Shown in pieces: positions 21,419 to 33,235 of a stretch of 64,000 bases of DNA. Position 1 is the stretch's first letter. Each line of letters starts with the position of its first letter. The position numbers and the translations under genes are program-made. The DNA is from an uncultured virus (IMG/VR IMGVR_UViG_3300002498_000029). Taxonomy: Duplodnaviria; Heunggongvirae; Uroviricota; Caudoviricetes. The notes under the pieces are model-generated. The model had not been told where the DNA came from. It saw only the letters and a list, made by a program, of their open reading frames with translations, and ran no database searches. The stretch lies in IMG/VR virus record IMGVR_UViG_3300002498_000029; one strand, given 5' to 3'.

Positions 21419-21901
21419 ATGACAGACCAAGAAATAGATCAAGAAGTAATAGCAATGAAAAAGAAGTATAACAGAATGTATTTGTATATTCTGCTTATTA
21501 GTTTCATTTGCTCAATTCCATTTAATGTATTTTTACTTAGAGCGGATTGGAATAAAGATAATTCAATAGAACTATTACAACAAAAAAATCCATCTGGTTA
21601 TACTAAGTGGCAACAAGATCGTATTGACCCAACTGTTGCTACTGGTGAAACTCCAGAAATGAGGTATTTTAATACTCCATTTATATATCTCTCAGCCTTT
21701 CTGAGTATACCATTTTATTGCTTAATAGGTATGATTATATTATCATTCTATTGGTTAGGTGCATTTTTCATGTGGTTACCTAGAATATTGCAATATTTAA
21801 TTGTGGCTGCAATATATCTTGCTACAATGCTTTATGCTGCACTATGGTTAAATGTACTAGTAGATAAAATAAAGGGAAAGTCAAAAATAAAAACATCGTA
21901 A
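21419..21901 (+). CDS. Multi-pass membrane protein, TAG/TGA-free
   Basis: Three hydrophobic segments; AAGGAG RBS. Confidence 0.65.
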   Translation: MTDQEIDQEVIAMKKKYNRMYLYILLISFICSIPFNVFLLRADWNKDNSIELLQQKNPSGYTKWQQDRIDPTVATGETPEMRYFNTPFIYLSAFLSIPFYCLIGMIILSFYWLGAFFMWLPRILQYLIVAAIYLATMLYAALWLNVLVDKIKGKSKIKTS

Positions 21902-21911
21902 TTAAAATAAT

Positions 21912-21941
21912 TGTGATAATTTTCAATAGTTATGATATAAT
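21912..21941 (+). promoter_or_regulatory. Phage promoter TGTGATA-N17-TATAAT
   Basis: Repeated motif. Confidence 0.75.
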
Positions 21942-21978
21942 ACTTCTAGTTAAATAAACAAACTAGAGGTATTTTTTT

Positions 21979-22623
21979 ATGGATACGCAAAAAGATAATT
22001 GGAAGAAAGACCCAGCTAGTAAGAAGCAATTATTTATGTTATTTACCTTGACTAAGAAAGACTATAGACCTGATAATCTTACTAAGGGTGAAGCTTCAGA
22101 ACTAATATCTAAGTTTAAAGAGACTAAACCTAAAACAAATCATATTACACCAGAACCAAAAACATATACTACTGAAAAATATAAAAAATCTGATAGTAAA
22201 ATGTCAGACCATCTGTATAAATATCTTATAAGTGAAACTGAAGTAATTATGCAAATAATAAATGGTGAATTGGGTATTAAGTCAACACTTGTAAATGATT
22301 TTAATTCAAACGAAACATATGCTTTTGTTGGATCTGGTTGTGGGTTTGCTTGGGTTAAATTTGATGGTAGATCTAAGATAGCTGCTAAGTATTTTGGGCA
22401 AGATGGTATTGCGTATAACACTGTTCAAAAATATAAACAATATATTATAGACACACAATTTTCAAAAGAACTTAAAGATAAGTATATTAAAATGGGAGCT
22501 CCGATACAAGCTACACTATGTCAAAATATGGTAATAAATGGAGAGATTCTTTCAGTAGCCGCTCAATATGTTCAAGAAAAATACAATGTAAAAAAGTTAT
22601 ATGTTCAAACTAGACTAGATTAA
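21979..22623 (+). CDS. Hypothetical protein, TAG/TGA-free
   Basis: PASKKQL...LTKGEASELI N-terminal motif; GCGFAWV motif. Confidence 0.65.
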   Translation: MDTQKDNWKKDPASKKQLFMLFTLTKKDYRPDNLTKGEASELISKFKETKPKTNHITPEPKTYTTEKYKKSDSKMSDHLYKYLISETEVIMQIINGELGIKSTLVNDFNSNETYAFVGSGCGFAWVKFDGRSKIAAKYFGQDGIAYNTVQKYKQYIIDTQFSKELKDKYIKMGAPIQATLCQNMVINGEILSVAAQYVQEKYNVKKLYVQTRLD

Positions 22624-22632
22624 GGATTAATA

Positions 22633-24042
22633 GTGATAAAAAATAAAATAATTAAAATCATCAAAGATACAATAATTGGTACATCATTCAAAAATAACGT
22701 GTTTATCGCCGGTGGTTTTGTACGTGATTATATAATGAATAGACCGTCTAAGGATATTGATATTGTTGTATCTAATAATGGGATAAATGGTGGTATTGAT
22801 CTTGCATATCTTTTACATAAAAAATTTAATACATCTACACCAGTAGTTTTTAAACGATTTGGTACAGCTCAATTAGTATTAAATGGACAAGAAATAGAAT
22901 TTGTAGCTACTAGAAAGGAGTCTTATAATTTTGAAGATAGAAATCCTGAAGTATCTTTTGGCACCATAGAAGATGATGTTAAACGTCGTGATTTTACTAT
23001 AAACGCCTTATTATATGATATATCTAATGAAAAAATAATTGACCTTATCGGTGGAATATTTGATATTAAGAATAAAATAATCAGAACTACCTCAAACCCT
23101 AAAGTAATATTTGCCGAAGATCCGCTTCGTATTTTTAGAGCTATTAGATTTTCAGCTCAACTGGGATTTGCAATTGATACTAAGACTATGTTAGCTATTA
23201 AAGAATATGTACCTTGGCTTAAAAACATTTCAAATGAACGTATTCGTGATGAACTTAATAAAATTCTTATATCTGATCACGCTATTGATGGATTGTGGTA
23301 TATGAAAACTACTGGTATTCTTGAATATCTTATTCCTGAATTTAAAGAATTATATAAAATAAAAAATCAAGGAAAATATCATACTAAAGATTTATGGAGA
23401 CATACCTTAGAGGTTATTAATAATTCTACTCCAACAGTTGAACATCGTTTGGCGGGATTGCTACATGATATTGGTAAAATAAAGACTATGACAGTCGATG
23501 GAAATAATGTTCATTTCTATAAACATCAGTTTGTATCTCAACGAATTGCACATAGATTTCTTACTAAATATAAATATACTAATACTCAAGTAGAATGGAT
23601 AACTAATTCAATTATGATGCATATGAATTTCGTGGACAAAATACTCGAAAAAACCATACGTAAAATGGTAAATAAGTATGGTAAGGAACAATTTTTGTTT
23701 TTTACTGACCTTGGCCTAGCAGATTCTAAAAGAGCTGAAAGACGTAAAATAGTTGAAGATATTATATACTTTGTAAAAAATGATGACTTTGTACAAGAAG
23801 TTCAAATTAAATTACCTATAGATGGTAATATGATTATGAGTAGATATGGATTAAAGCCATCTAAGCGAGTTGGTGAGTTATTAACTATAGAAAAAGAATA
23901 TCTGTTTGAATTTCCAGAAGCTACTGAAGATGAATTGTATCATAAACTTGATATTGAAATGGTAGACAGTAATGGTAATTTAACTATATATCAGTATATT
24001 AAACCAGAAAAGCCAGCAGAATTTATATCAATTGACTTTTAA
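22633..24042 (+). CDS. cca: CCA tRNA nucleotidyltransferase with HD domain, TAG/TGA-free
   Basis: GGFVRD, KDIDI, RRDFTINA, EDPLRIFRAIRF, ERIRDE, LLHDIGK. Confidence 0.92.
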   Translation: MIKNKIIKIIKDTIIGTSFKNNVFIAGGFVRDYIMNRPSKDIDIVVSNNGINGGIDLAYLLHKKFNTSTPVVFKRFGTAQLVLNGQEIEFVATRKESYNFEDRNPEVSFGTIEDDVKRRDFTINALLYDISNEKIIDLIGGIFDIKNKIIRTTSNPKVIFAEDPLRIFRAIRFSAQLGFAIDTKTMLAIKEYVPWLKNISNERIRDELNKILISDHAIDGLWYMKTTGILEYLIPEFKELYKIKNQGKYHTKDLWRHTLEVINNSTPTVEHRLAGLLHDIGKIKTMTVDGNNVHFYKHQFVSQRIAHRFLTKYKYTNTQVEWITNSIMMHMNFVDKILEKTIRKMVNKYGKEQFLFFTDLGLADSKRAERRKIVEDIIYFVKNDDFVQEVQIKLPIDGNMIMSRYGLKPSKRVGELLTIEKEYLFEFPEATEDELYHKLDIEMVDSNGNLTIYQYIKPEKPAEFISIDF

Positions 24043-24046
24043 ATAA

Positions 24047-24418
24047 ATGGAGATTAAAATGAATTTGCAAAATTACAAAGCTAGTGCTGATGAACGGCAG
24101 TATATTGGTGAATATAATTTACTTAGAATTATTGAAACGTGGAGTGATGAAAAAATTATACAATTTATAAAAACAATATATTCATTCCAATTTGTTAATG
24201 ATGACCCAATCAAAGGATTAGTATCAGAAACTACAGATATTATTAGAACTATTAAAAATGGAAAATTAGATTCACTTAAAATTCAAATGCTATATGAGTC
24301 ATTTAATTGGACAGTATTTGGTTTAACATTTAATGATGAAGATAAACCATCTGTTGATGTTTTAAAAAATACTGTAATTAGCACATTATTAACTATGATA
24401 GAGTCAAATAATGAATAA
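24047..24418 (+). CDS. Hypothetical protein, TAG/TGA-free
   Basis: ORF track; ends TAA. Confidence 0.55.
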   Translation: MEIKMNLQNYKASADERQYIGEYNLLRIIETWSDEKIIQFIKTIYSFQFVNDDPIKGLVSETTDIIRTIKNGKLDSLKIQMLYESFNWTVFGLTFNDEDKPSVDVLKNTVISTLLTMIESNNE

Positions 24419-24998
24419 ATAGTTAAAATAGTTATTTACAAAATATAATATTATGTGACCATCTAAGTCTGTATACGTCATGGGTATAATACGATATCAT
24501 AATTGTACTAGTGAATAGTAGCTAGTAAAACTAATAAATTATCATAATACAAATTTTTGTTGGTGTGGTATTCATAGTAATGGAACTTTAATGCAATTTG
24601 CTGAACAATTATATAATATGCAACAATTCTAGTGTGGTACATTTAAATATAATATAGACGATTGTTACGACTGTATTTATTAGAGGTTTATTACACATAC
24701 ATTAATAGGCAGTAAAGCCTAGAATATCGCAAAAACAATATTACATCAAGAATTTCCATAGTTATTAATATTATATACTTCTATGCCTCAAGACGTATAT
24801 AAAGGTATAGATTTAATTATATTTAAAGATGATATATAGATATGCGGTATTCAAGTTAAACCGGAATCATACGGAAGGCATTCTAATAATCCATTTATAA
24901 TTATTTTAAATTATGAAAATTAGTAGATTACAAATTTATAGTAGGTAGTATTTAAGATAGATTGTGCCTTGACTAAAAGTAATTGTGATAAAGACTAA
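24411..24998 (+). CDS. PD-(D/E)XK endonuclease, MjaI-like (recoded)
   Basis: G.KAE...DVYKGIDLII...GIQVKPESY pattern. Confidence 0.55.
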
Positions 24999-25013
24999 TA
25001 ATCGTCATATAAT
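24984..25013 (+). promoter_or_regulatory. Phage promoter TGTGATA-N17-TATAAT
   Basis: Repeated motif, upstream of polB-N. Confidence 0.75.
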
Positions 25014-25038
25014 TAAAATAAAATAATAAGGAATAATT

Positions 25039-27111
25039 GTGTAGTTAACTAGAGTATTTAGTAGTGTAAATAGAGGTAAATATCATATTCATTTATTTGG
25101 TTATGAAAATGATAAATATGTAACTAAAATATAGTTATTTAATAATTATTTTTATTATCCAAAGATTGATATATAGTAGCTTACCCCATTTAGTTAGTAT
25201 ATTAGTATATAGTAGAATAAATAGTATATATCTATGTATGGTAAAAAAATGGTAAAAATTACTTATTTTAATGATATAGTTAAACAAAATATTGTTAAAA
25301 TAGACGAAATGTTTAAAAAGGCTTATTCATTAGATATAAAACCATAGGTTAAATATATATTAGATAATAACTTATAGTGGTCAGCTAAACGAAATGTAAT
25401 GTTTTTTGATATATAGACTTGAGTTAATCCTGATTTTCAAATGGCAAACAAACCATAGTATGCCTAGATGCCAATTACTTCAATACAAACATATGATAAT
25501 GTAAATAATTAGTATTGTGTTATAGTTTGGCACTAGTCATTTAAAAAAACTATAAAAGATAAAAAATTAGGTGTTGACATAATTACATAGGATAATGTTA
25601 ATTATATTTATTGTTTAAATTAGAATTTAGTAATAAATACATTTTTTACTTTATTAAAAACAAAGCAAATAGATTGTATAAGTGGTTGGTATAGTGGTCA
25701 ATATGACTTACCATATATACTTAATAGATGTAAAAAATTAGATATTAATCCAAATAGTATGACTATTGGTAATTGAGCTTATACAGTACAAAAATAGAAT
25801 GTATGGTCTGTTCATATGAAAGGATTAGATCATATAGATATGATGGATGCTGCAGATGATTTAGATATTAAGAGATCTGATAATAAATTAAGCAGTGTTG
25901 CCTAGTCACAATTACATGATTAGGGTATATTAAAATTAAAGACATCAAGTTGGAAAGACTGGAAAGATGATTTAGATTCATTTATGAAATATGGACTTAG
26001 AGATGTCCAAATATTAAAATAGCTTGACACTAAATTACATATTATTCTTACTTATTGTAATTTTCAACAAGTAAGTAATATAATATCATTATCACAAGTT
26101 TTCGCCAAAACTAATATCGCGTAGGGTATTACATTAAAAATGTTTTGAAATTAGTTTGTTTTTCCAAATAATGTATAGCATACTAGTTAGAAATATGCAG
26201 GCGCGGTGGTATTTGATCCTATTCCTGGATTGCATAAAAACGCAGCTTTATTAGATTTCAAATCTTTATATCCTACTACTATATCCACTTATAACCTATC
26301 ACTATAGACATATGTAATAAGTAAACGATAGGCAGATTAGCGTGGTATTGATATAGATAAAGATATATTACAAAAATTTAAAGCTTCAAATATTCCATAT
26401 ATAGACACTGGCTATTCATAGTAGTTAGTTGGTAAAAGATATATTTATCTATCGCAAAATGCAAAATAGGGTATTTTTGCAAAAATATAGAAAAAATTAT
26501 TAGCCATGCGTATGGAAGTTAGAAAACAAATGATAGGTTTAAATAAAGCTGATATATAGTGTATTTCATTGCATAATAAACAAAATGCAATAAAAGTCAT
26601 TATGAATTCTATTTATGGTGCTTTCGCAAATCAATACTATAGATTTTTTAAAATATAGATTGCAGACTCTATTACATTTTTTGCTAGATTAGCTATTACT
26701 ACAATGTTTAAATATTTTGAAGGTAAATATAATATTAAAGGAATATATGGTGATTCAGATTCAGTTAGTTTTGATTCAACAATATTACTTAAAAATAAAC
26801 AATATATAACAATATAGTAGTTATTTAATAATAGTATTAACATATTTAATCATAAAGACCGGTAGTTTAGAGCTTCTAATTAGCAATTGCCATATTATGA
26901 TTAGTTATCTAATAAAATACAGTATGGTAAAATTAAATATATTTAGAGACATAAAGTAAATAAACAAATGTATTAGATTATATTATAGAATAATAATAAA
27001 GTAATTGTCACTGAAGATCATAGTATTATGATTTAGCACAATAATAAATTAGTTAAAAAACAGCCTAGCTTATTAAAACCTGGCGACAGTTGTATATCAA
27101 TTTTAAAATAA
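25039..27111 (+). CDS. Family B DNA polymerase, N-terminal part fused to the N-half of a split intein (recoded)
   Basis: ExoI FFDIET (E=TAG), ExoII YDLPYI, motif A DFKSLYP, motif B KVIMNSIYG, motif C YGDSD, then intein. Confidence 0.92.
26761..27108 (+). other. Split intein N-fragment (116 aa, Ser1)
   Basis: Block A SVSFDSTI directly after YGDSD; RHKV; block B VIVTEDHSIMI; ends LKPGDSCISILK then TAA. Confidence 0.88.
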
Positions 27112-27122
27112 TGGAGTAAATA

Positions 27123-28088
27123 ATGAAAATACTTGTTACTGGCGGAGCAGGATTTATTGGATCACATATTGTTGATAAATATATATAGGCCGGTCATTAG
27201 GTAGTTGTAGTAGATGATTTAAGCACTGGTAAAAAAAGTAATATAAATCCTAAAGCTAAATTTTATTAGACTGATATTAGCTATACTAAATTTACTACAT
27301 ATACTTCATTACAAGACATATTTTATATTTAGAAGCCAGATATAGTAAATCATCACGCAGCCCAAATAAGTGTACCAATATCAGTTAAAAATCCAATTAA
27401 AGATGCATAGATAAATATATTAGGATTAGTAAATGTATTATAGTGTTGTGTAAGATTTGGTGTTAAAAAGATAATATTTGCATCTAGCGGTGGATCTGTA
27501 TATGGATAGGCAAAATAGATTCCAACTACAGAATAGTCAGAATTTAATCCATCTTCAATATATGCTATGAATAAAATTGTAGGATAGAAATATTTATAGC
27601 TATATAAAAAAATGTATAATTTAGAGTATATAATACTTAGATATTCTAATGTTTATGGGCCTAGACAAGATGCATTTGGTGAATCAGGTGTAGTTGCAAT
27701 ATTTATACAAAAAGTATTAAACAGTTAGCAATTAACCTTAAATACTTTTAATTCTATGCCGCTTGGTATGATTAGAGACTATGTATATGTAAGAGACATT
27801 GCTGCTGTAAATTTATTGGCACTAAGTCATATTAAATGTAATACAGCCTATAATATTTCAAATGCGATATAGACTACTACTTCAACTATAGCACATACTA
27901 TATGTAGTATATTAAATAATTTTGTACAAATAACTTATGCTGAACCACGACCAGGTGATTTACGATGTAGTGTGTTAAATAATACCAAATTATATAAAGA
28001 AATTCAGTGGAAACCTGAATATAATTTGAAGACTGGTTTAACTTAGACTATAAATTATTTTAAAAACAATTGTGATAAACTTGACTAA
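27123..28088 (+). CDS. NAD-dependent sugar epimerase/dehydratase (GalE-like, recoded)
   Basis: MKILVTGGAGFIGSH, HHAAQ, YAMNK, RYSNVYGPRQ, RDYVYV. Confidence 0.9.
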
Positions 28089-28100
28089 ACTAAATATAAT
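28071..28100 (+). promoter_or_regulatory. Phage promoter TGTGATA-N17-TATAAT
   Basis: Repeated motif, upstream of the dUTPase. Confidence 0.7.
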
Positions 28101-28117
28101 GAAAATAGGAGAAATAT

Positions 28118-28543
28118 ATGTACTTAAAAGTTAAAAAACTATATGAATGATCTAAAATAAATCCACCAGCCAAGGTTGGTGACTGTGGATATGATGTATT
28201 TGCTACTAAGACTATAGTATTAGCTCCACATGAAAGATATAATATGGGACTAGGTATAGCAATATAGATTCCAACTGGATATTTTTGTCAAATTCAACAA
28301 AAATCTGGTTTAGCTGAAAAATTTGGAATTGACACAATAGGTAATGTAATTGATTCTGGGTATAGAGGTGAGATACATGCTCAAATTGTTAATACTTCTA
28401 ATGACTATATTACTATATAGGAGAATACAAAAATAGCCCAATTAGTATTTATACAACATTAGACTCCAGAAATATAGTATTGTGATGAATTAAGTATTAC
28501 AGATAGAGGCTCATCTGGGTTTGGATCTAGTGGATTAAAATAA
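28118..28543 (+). CDS. dut: Trimeric dUTPase (recoded)
   Basis: GYDV, QKSGLA, VIDSGYRGEI, KIAQLV, RGSSGFGSSG. Confidence 0.88.
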
Positions 28544-29251
28544 ATGAATAATAATTAGATTATTAAATAGATTTTTCATAAATTATATTTAAAATTACTT
28601 AATAATGATCTACTAATAGATTAGCATGATAATAAAACAGTTTAGTTAATAAATGTTAATTTTTAGTTAGATCCTGAAGATAATTTTATAGATCTAAAAT
28701 ATAGAAAAAGTAATTTATAGTATATATAGAAATAGATATAGTGGTATTTATCGCAAGATTTATCTATTAGTAATATATCTAATTATGCTAAAATTTGAAA
28801 TAATATTTGTTCTGAAGATAATTTAGTAAATTCTAATTATGGATATTTACTGTTTAATTAGAATAATTTTAATCAATACTATTCAGCAATAAACGCATTA
28901 GTAATTGATAAAAATAGTAGAAGGGCTGTTATGATATATCAACGGCCATCAATGCAATATGATTTTAACAAAAATGGAATGAATGATTTTATTTGCACCA
29001 ATTATGTTCAACTATTTATAAGAAATGATGCACTTATATATATTGTTGATATGAGAAGTAATGATGCAATTTATGGATTTTTTAATGATTTTGCCTGGCA
29101 TTGTTATATCTATAAAAAAGTTTATACCGAATTATATCAAATATATCCATAGTTAGTAGTAGATAAAATACATTGAAAAGCAAATAGTTTTCATATTTAT
29201 TAGAAACATTTTAAAGTATTAAGAAAGATATTTGAGGAACCACGTGAATAA
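28544..29251 (+). CDS. T4 gp42-like dCMP hydroxymethylase (thymidylate synthase fold; recoded)
   Basis: NSNYG, SRRAVMIYQRPSMQYD..GMNDFICTNYVQ, MRSNDAIYGFFNDFAW, SFHIYEKHF; matches gp42, including the dCMP-specifying Asp. Confidence 0.85.
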
Positions 29252-29789
29252 TAAACAAAAAGTAATAATTTTTTAGGGCCATGATATGACAGGTAAAAGT
29301 AATATTGCTAAAGCCCTTAGTGATATATTAAAAATACCAGTATTTAAGTTTACAAAATAGCATGATACTACTCCAAATTTTTTAAATATGTTATATTATA
29401 CTGCATAGTGCCAAACTCAAATATGTTAGCAAACTGGATATTCATTTATCTTTGATAGATTTGTTGCTAGTTAGTATGCTTATTCATTTATTGACAATAG
29501 AAAAACTGATCTTAATAAAATTATATAGTTAGATAACAGAATTGCAATGGTAAATGGCGTTATAATCTATTGTTATAAGACTCCGTAGTTTTATATAGAT
29601 GATGATTTAGGTAGATATAAAACAACTGATTACACTGACATAAAACAAAAGTATGATAGATTTTTTAATTTAACTAATTGTAAAATTATTTACTTAAATA
29701 CTGATAATTGTAATATTAGTAATCAATTAAAATATATTATAGAACAGTTAACATAGCTTTAGGTTGTAGATGAAAAATATATTATATAA
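29244..29789 (+). CDS. Thymidylate kinase-like P-loop kinase (recoded)
   Basis: IIFEGHDMTGKS, FIFDRF..SEYAY. Confidence 0.8.
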
Positions 29790-30840
29790 TTATTGAGGGT
29801 ATTTATCAGATAGAATTGGTATATCTGCTCCTGATGGTAATGCTAGTTATAGTCCATGAATTATTAATTAGCTAACGGCTAGAGGGTTTAAAGTATATGG
29901 ACCGCCAATAGATAGAGACTTTAATGATATTATAAGTATATATGGATTAAATAAATCTTTTTCTGGGTTCTGTAAGACTAAAAGAATATAGGCGTACACT
30001 AATCTTACCTTTACTGCATTAGATGACTTACCAAGTACTTTATAGTATTTAATTTTATAGTGAAGGTTTAAAACCCCATATAATCAATTATCAAATGATA
30101 ATAAATAGTTTTGTCCAGATTTAGTAATACAAGAATAGTTATTAAATAAATATATTGGAACTAATACTAAAATAATTATATTAGATTTAGATTATAATTT
30201 AACTCAAGACGATATAGATAGAATACATCCATATAAAATTTTATAGCAAGGATCTATACCTAAATTTGGTAAATCAATATCATTAGGTATAGATTTATCA
30301 ATTTTTACCGATATAAATTATACCTATAAAACTAAACATTTATCATATGTTGGCAATGAATATTTAAGATAGAATGATATAAAGTTAAATTTATCCTAGT
30401 ATTCTACTAAATATCCAAAGTCAATACATTTTTATGGCAATTGACTTAGATCAGATAAATAGTGGTTTAGAGGTAAATACCCAAATATTGCTTATCATGA
30501 TAGAATTGGAATTGGTGAGTTTAAAGAGGCTATGTCAAATTCTATTGGGGTTCCATTATTAGCTAGAGATGATTATAAACAAAATGGATTTATGACGTTT
30601 AGATATGTATAGTCTATATTATTTGGCAGTTTACCTATAGGTTTTTCTGATTTTAATAATATTGAAAAATTTTTACCTAATTAGCTTATTGCTAAAAGTA
30701 ATGACATATCCTCATTATAGAATATTATAAATTATCTTAGAAATAAAAATATTTATATGTAGCTTACTAATTATTTAATACATGATAAAATTAAAAATAT
30801 ATTTAATATAAAAACATTTATATAGGAAATGTTATCATAA
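29770..30840 (+). CDS. GT-B glycosyltransferase, candidate DNA-base glycosyltransferase (recoded)
   Basis: LSYVGNEY.R, FYGNW, GFMTFRYVESILFG motifs; located next to the gp42-like gene. Confidence 0.6.
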
Positions 30841-31940
30841 TGATAAAAGATAAAACAATATTAGTAGTCGGGGCTGGAATATCTGGATTAACTTGTGCTA
30901 ATATATTGTCATAGTATAATAAAATAACTATACTATAGCAACGAGATGTTATAGGTGGTAATTGCTATGATTATTATGACAATAATCATTTAATTCATAA
31001 ATATGGAGCTCATCTATTCCATACTAATAACAAAATTGTTTGAGATTATATTAGTAAATTTTCAAAATGACATAAATATTAGCATAAAGTATTATCATAT
31101 GTAAATGGATAGTATTATAATGTGCCAATAAACATATAGACAATAAATAAATTTTTTAATAAACATTTAAAAACAAAAGAAGAATTAATATAGTTCTTTA
31201 ATACAATAAAATTAGATATATCTAATCCACAAAATGCATAGTAGCAGTTATTATCAACAATTGGTCATTAGTTATATTGGGCTTTTTTTAAAGGGTATAC
31301 TATAAAACAATGGAATAAATTACCATAGTAGTTACCAGCTTCAATAGTTAAACGTATACCAATTTATTATGACTTTGATAATAGATATTTTAAAGATATT
31401 TTTCAATATATGCCAACTGATGGATATTCTACATTATTTAATAATATGATAAATAATAATAACATCTAGATTTATTTAAACACTACATTTAATCAATAGT
31501 AGTATTTAAATAAATATGATATAATTATATATACTGGCAGAATAGATTAGTTTTTTAATAATTGTTATTATAAATTATAGTATAGAAGTGTAAGATTTTA
31601 GTACTAGTTAATAGATCAAGATATTTATCAACCGGCTTGTGTTATAAATTATCCAGATATAAACATACCGTATACAAGAATAATATAGCTAAAACATGCT
31701 ACGAAGATTAAATCAAATAATACTTTAATAATAAAATAGTATTCATCTGACTCAGGATTTGATGCATATGTAGTAAATAATAAATACAATACTAAAATTT
31801 TAAATAAGTATAAATAGTTATCAACTAAATATAATAATGTATATTTTACTGGTAGACTTGCTTAGTATAAATATTATAATATGGACTAGGCAATATTATC
31901 AGCAATAAATTTAACAACTAAAATAAATAATAAGGAATAA
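30840..31940 (+). CDS. glf: UDP-galactopyranose mutase (recoded)
   Basis: VVGAGISG, IGGNCYD, HKYGAHLFHT, VWDYI, GYTIKQW, RYF, LEYRS, GRLAEYKYYNMD. Confidence 0.9.
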
Positions 31941-31942
31941 AA

Positions 31943-32179
31943 ATGCTAGGATTAAACAAAAAACAACAAGATGTATATGCATGTTAGAATTGTGGATAGA
32001 TGTACTTTTAGCCAGTAGCAGTACTAGTAAAATTTTCAAGAATACAATATCCACAATTATCGTAGGACACAATGCAACCAATTCAAACATATAGATGTAT
32101 TAAGTGTAAACAAATTCCCAAAATGTTAGACCCTTTAACAGAATAGCCTACTAAACCTGATAGTAATCTTATAATTTAA
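31943..32179 (+). CDS. Small CxxC..CxxC zinc-binding protein (recoded)
   Basis: CENCG...CIKC. Confidence 0.6.
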
Positions 32180-32181
32180 CT

Positions 32182-33051
32182 ATGCAGTATATTAAGATAG
32201 TAAAAAAACATTAGGTAAATAACTATGGGTTTGTATAGTTATGAGATTTTAGTAAAGCAAATAGCTGTAAATAGGCTAGAATATAGGCAGTAACATTTGC
32301 AGCTGGAACTTGTTATGGTAAGTAGGTGTAGGGTAGCTCTGAAAACTTATATAATAAACTTGTAAAATAGGGAGCGTTAAATACACCGACTAGACCATTT
32401 TAGTTTGTACCAGCTGTTGTTATATTAGATAATAGTTATTCACAATAGTTTAAAAACCACTGTTATATATAGAAAGATACTTGTTATGGATATACAAATT
32501 TACGTAATCTAATTAAATATAAATAGTATATGTATTCTGATAATATATAGTAGACTTCAAAATTTAAAGTATTTAGACTTAAGCTTCCTATGTTTATTAG
32601 GGATCAAATTATGACCCATACTATGTTAAGTAAGATAAATCAATCTAATAGAGTCGGTAAATTATCTGATTAGTATTATTGTCCAAATTAGTTTGGATAG
32701 AGATTATATTAGTATTACCATAGTAATAATTGTAGATTATCCTAGATGTGTTAGGATGCACTATATAATAAGCATTACAATTAGATATGATAGTATATAG
32801 TACATAATTATAGTTTAGATCAAGGAATGAAATTATTAAAAGATTTAGGTTATGGTAAATAGATATATTCAAGATTTCCAACACAGTTTAAGTATGGTAT
32901 AATGACAATTGGTGGATGAATAAATAATCCGTAGAGTTGAATAAATTTCTTCTTATAGCGTGGTGCAATATAGAGTTAGTGAAAAACTTGAGTTCAAAAA
33001 TAGACACAATAGTATTCTAAAATAATGTTTAACATGTTAAAATAGGTATAA
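32182..33051 (+). CDS. ThyX-like flavin-dependent thymidylate synthase, divergent (recoded)
   Basis: AAGTCY, RPFEF, KLPMFIRDQIMTH..SKINQSNR, WNKFLLER, VQKE. Confidence 0.55.
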
Positions 33052-33168
33052 AAATTGATAATAGATAAAATACAAAATAATTTATTGACGTCATATAATT
33101 GTTTTGTATATGAATTAAATTTAAAATATTTCATATACAAATATGGATAAGTTAACTAATATAATAAT

Positions 33169-33198
33169 TGTGATAAATAACTAAAAACTAACTATAAT
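33169..33198 (+). promoter_or_regulatory. Phage promoter TGTGATA-N17-TATAAT
   Basis: Repeated motif, upstream of the dNMP kinase and polB-C. Confidence 0.75.
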
Positions 33199-33235
33199 AA
33201 ATCTATAAAAAATAGACACGAAAGAGGTATGTGAA

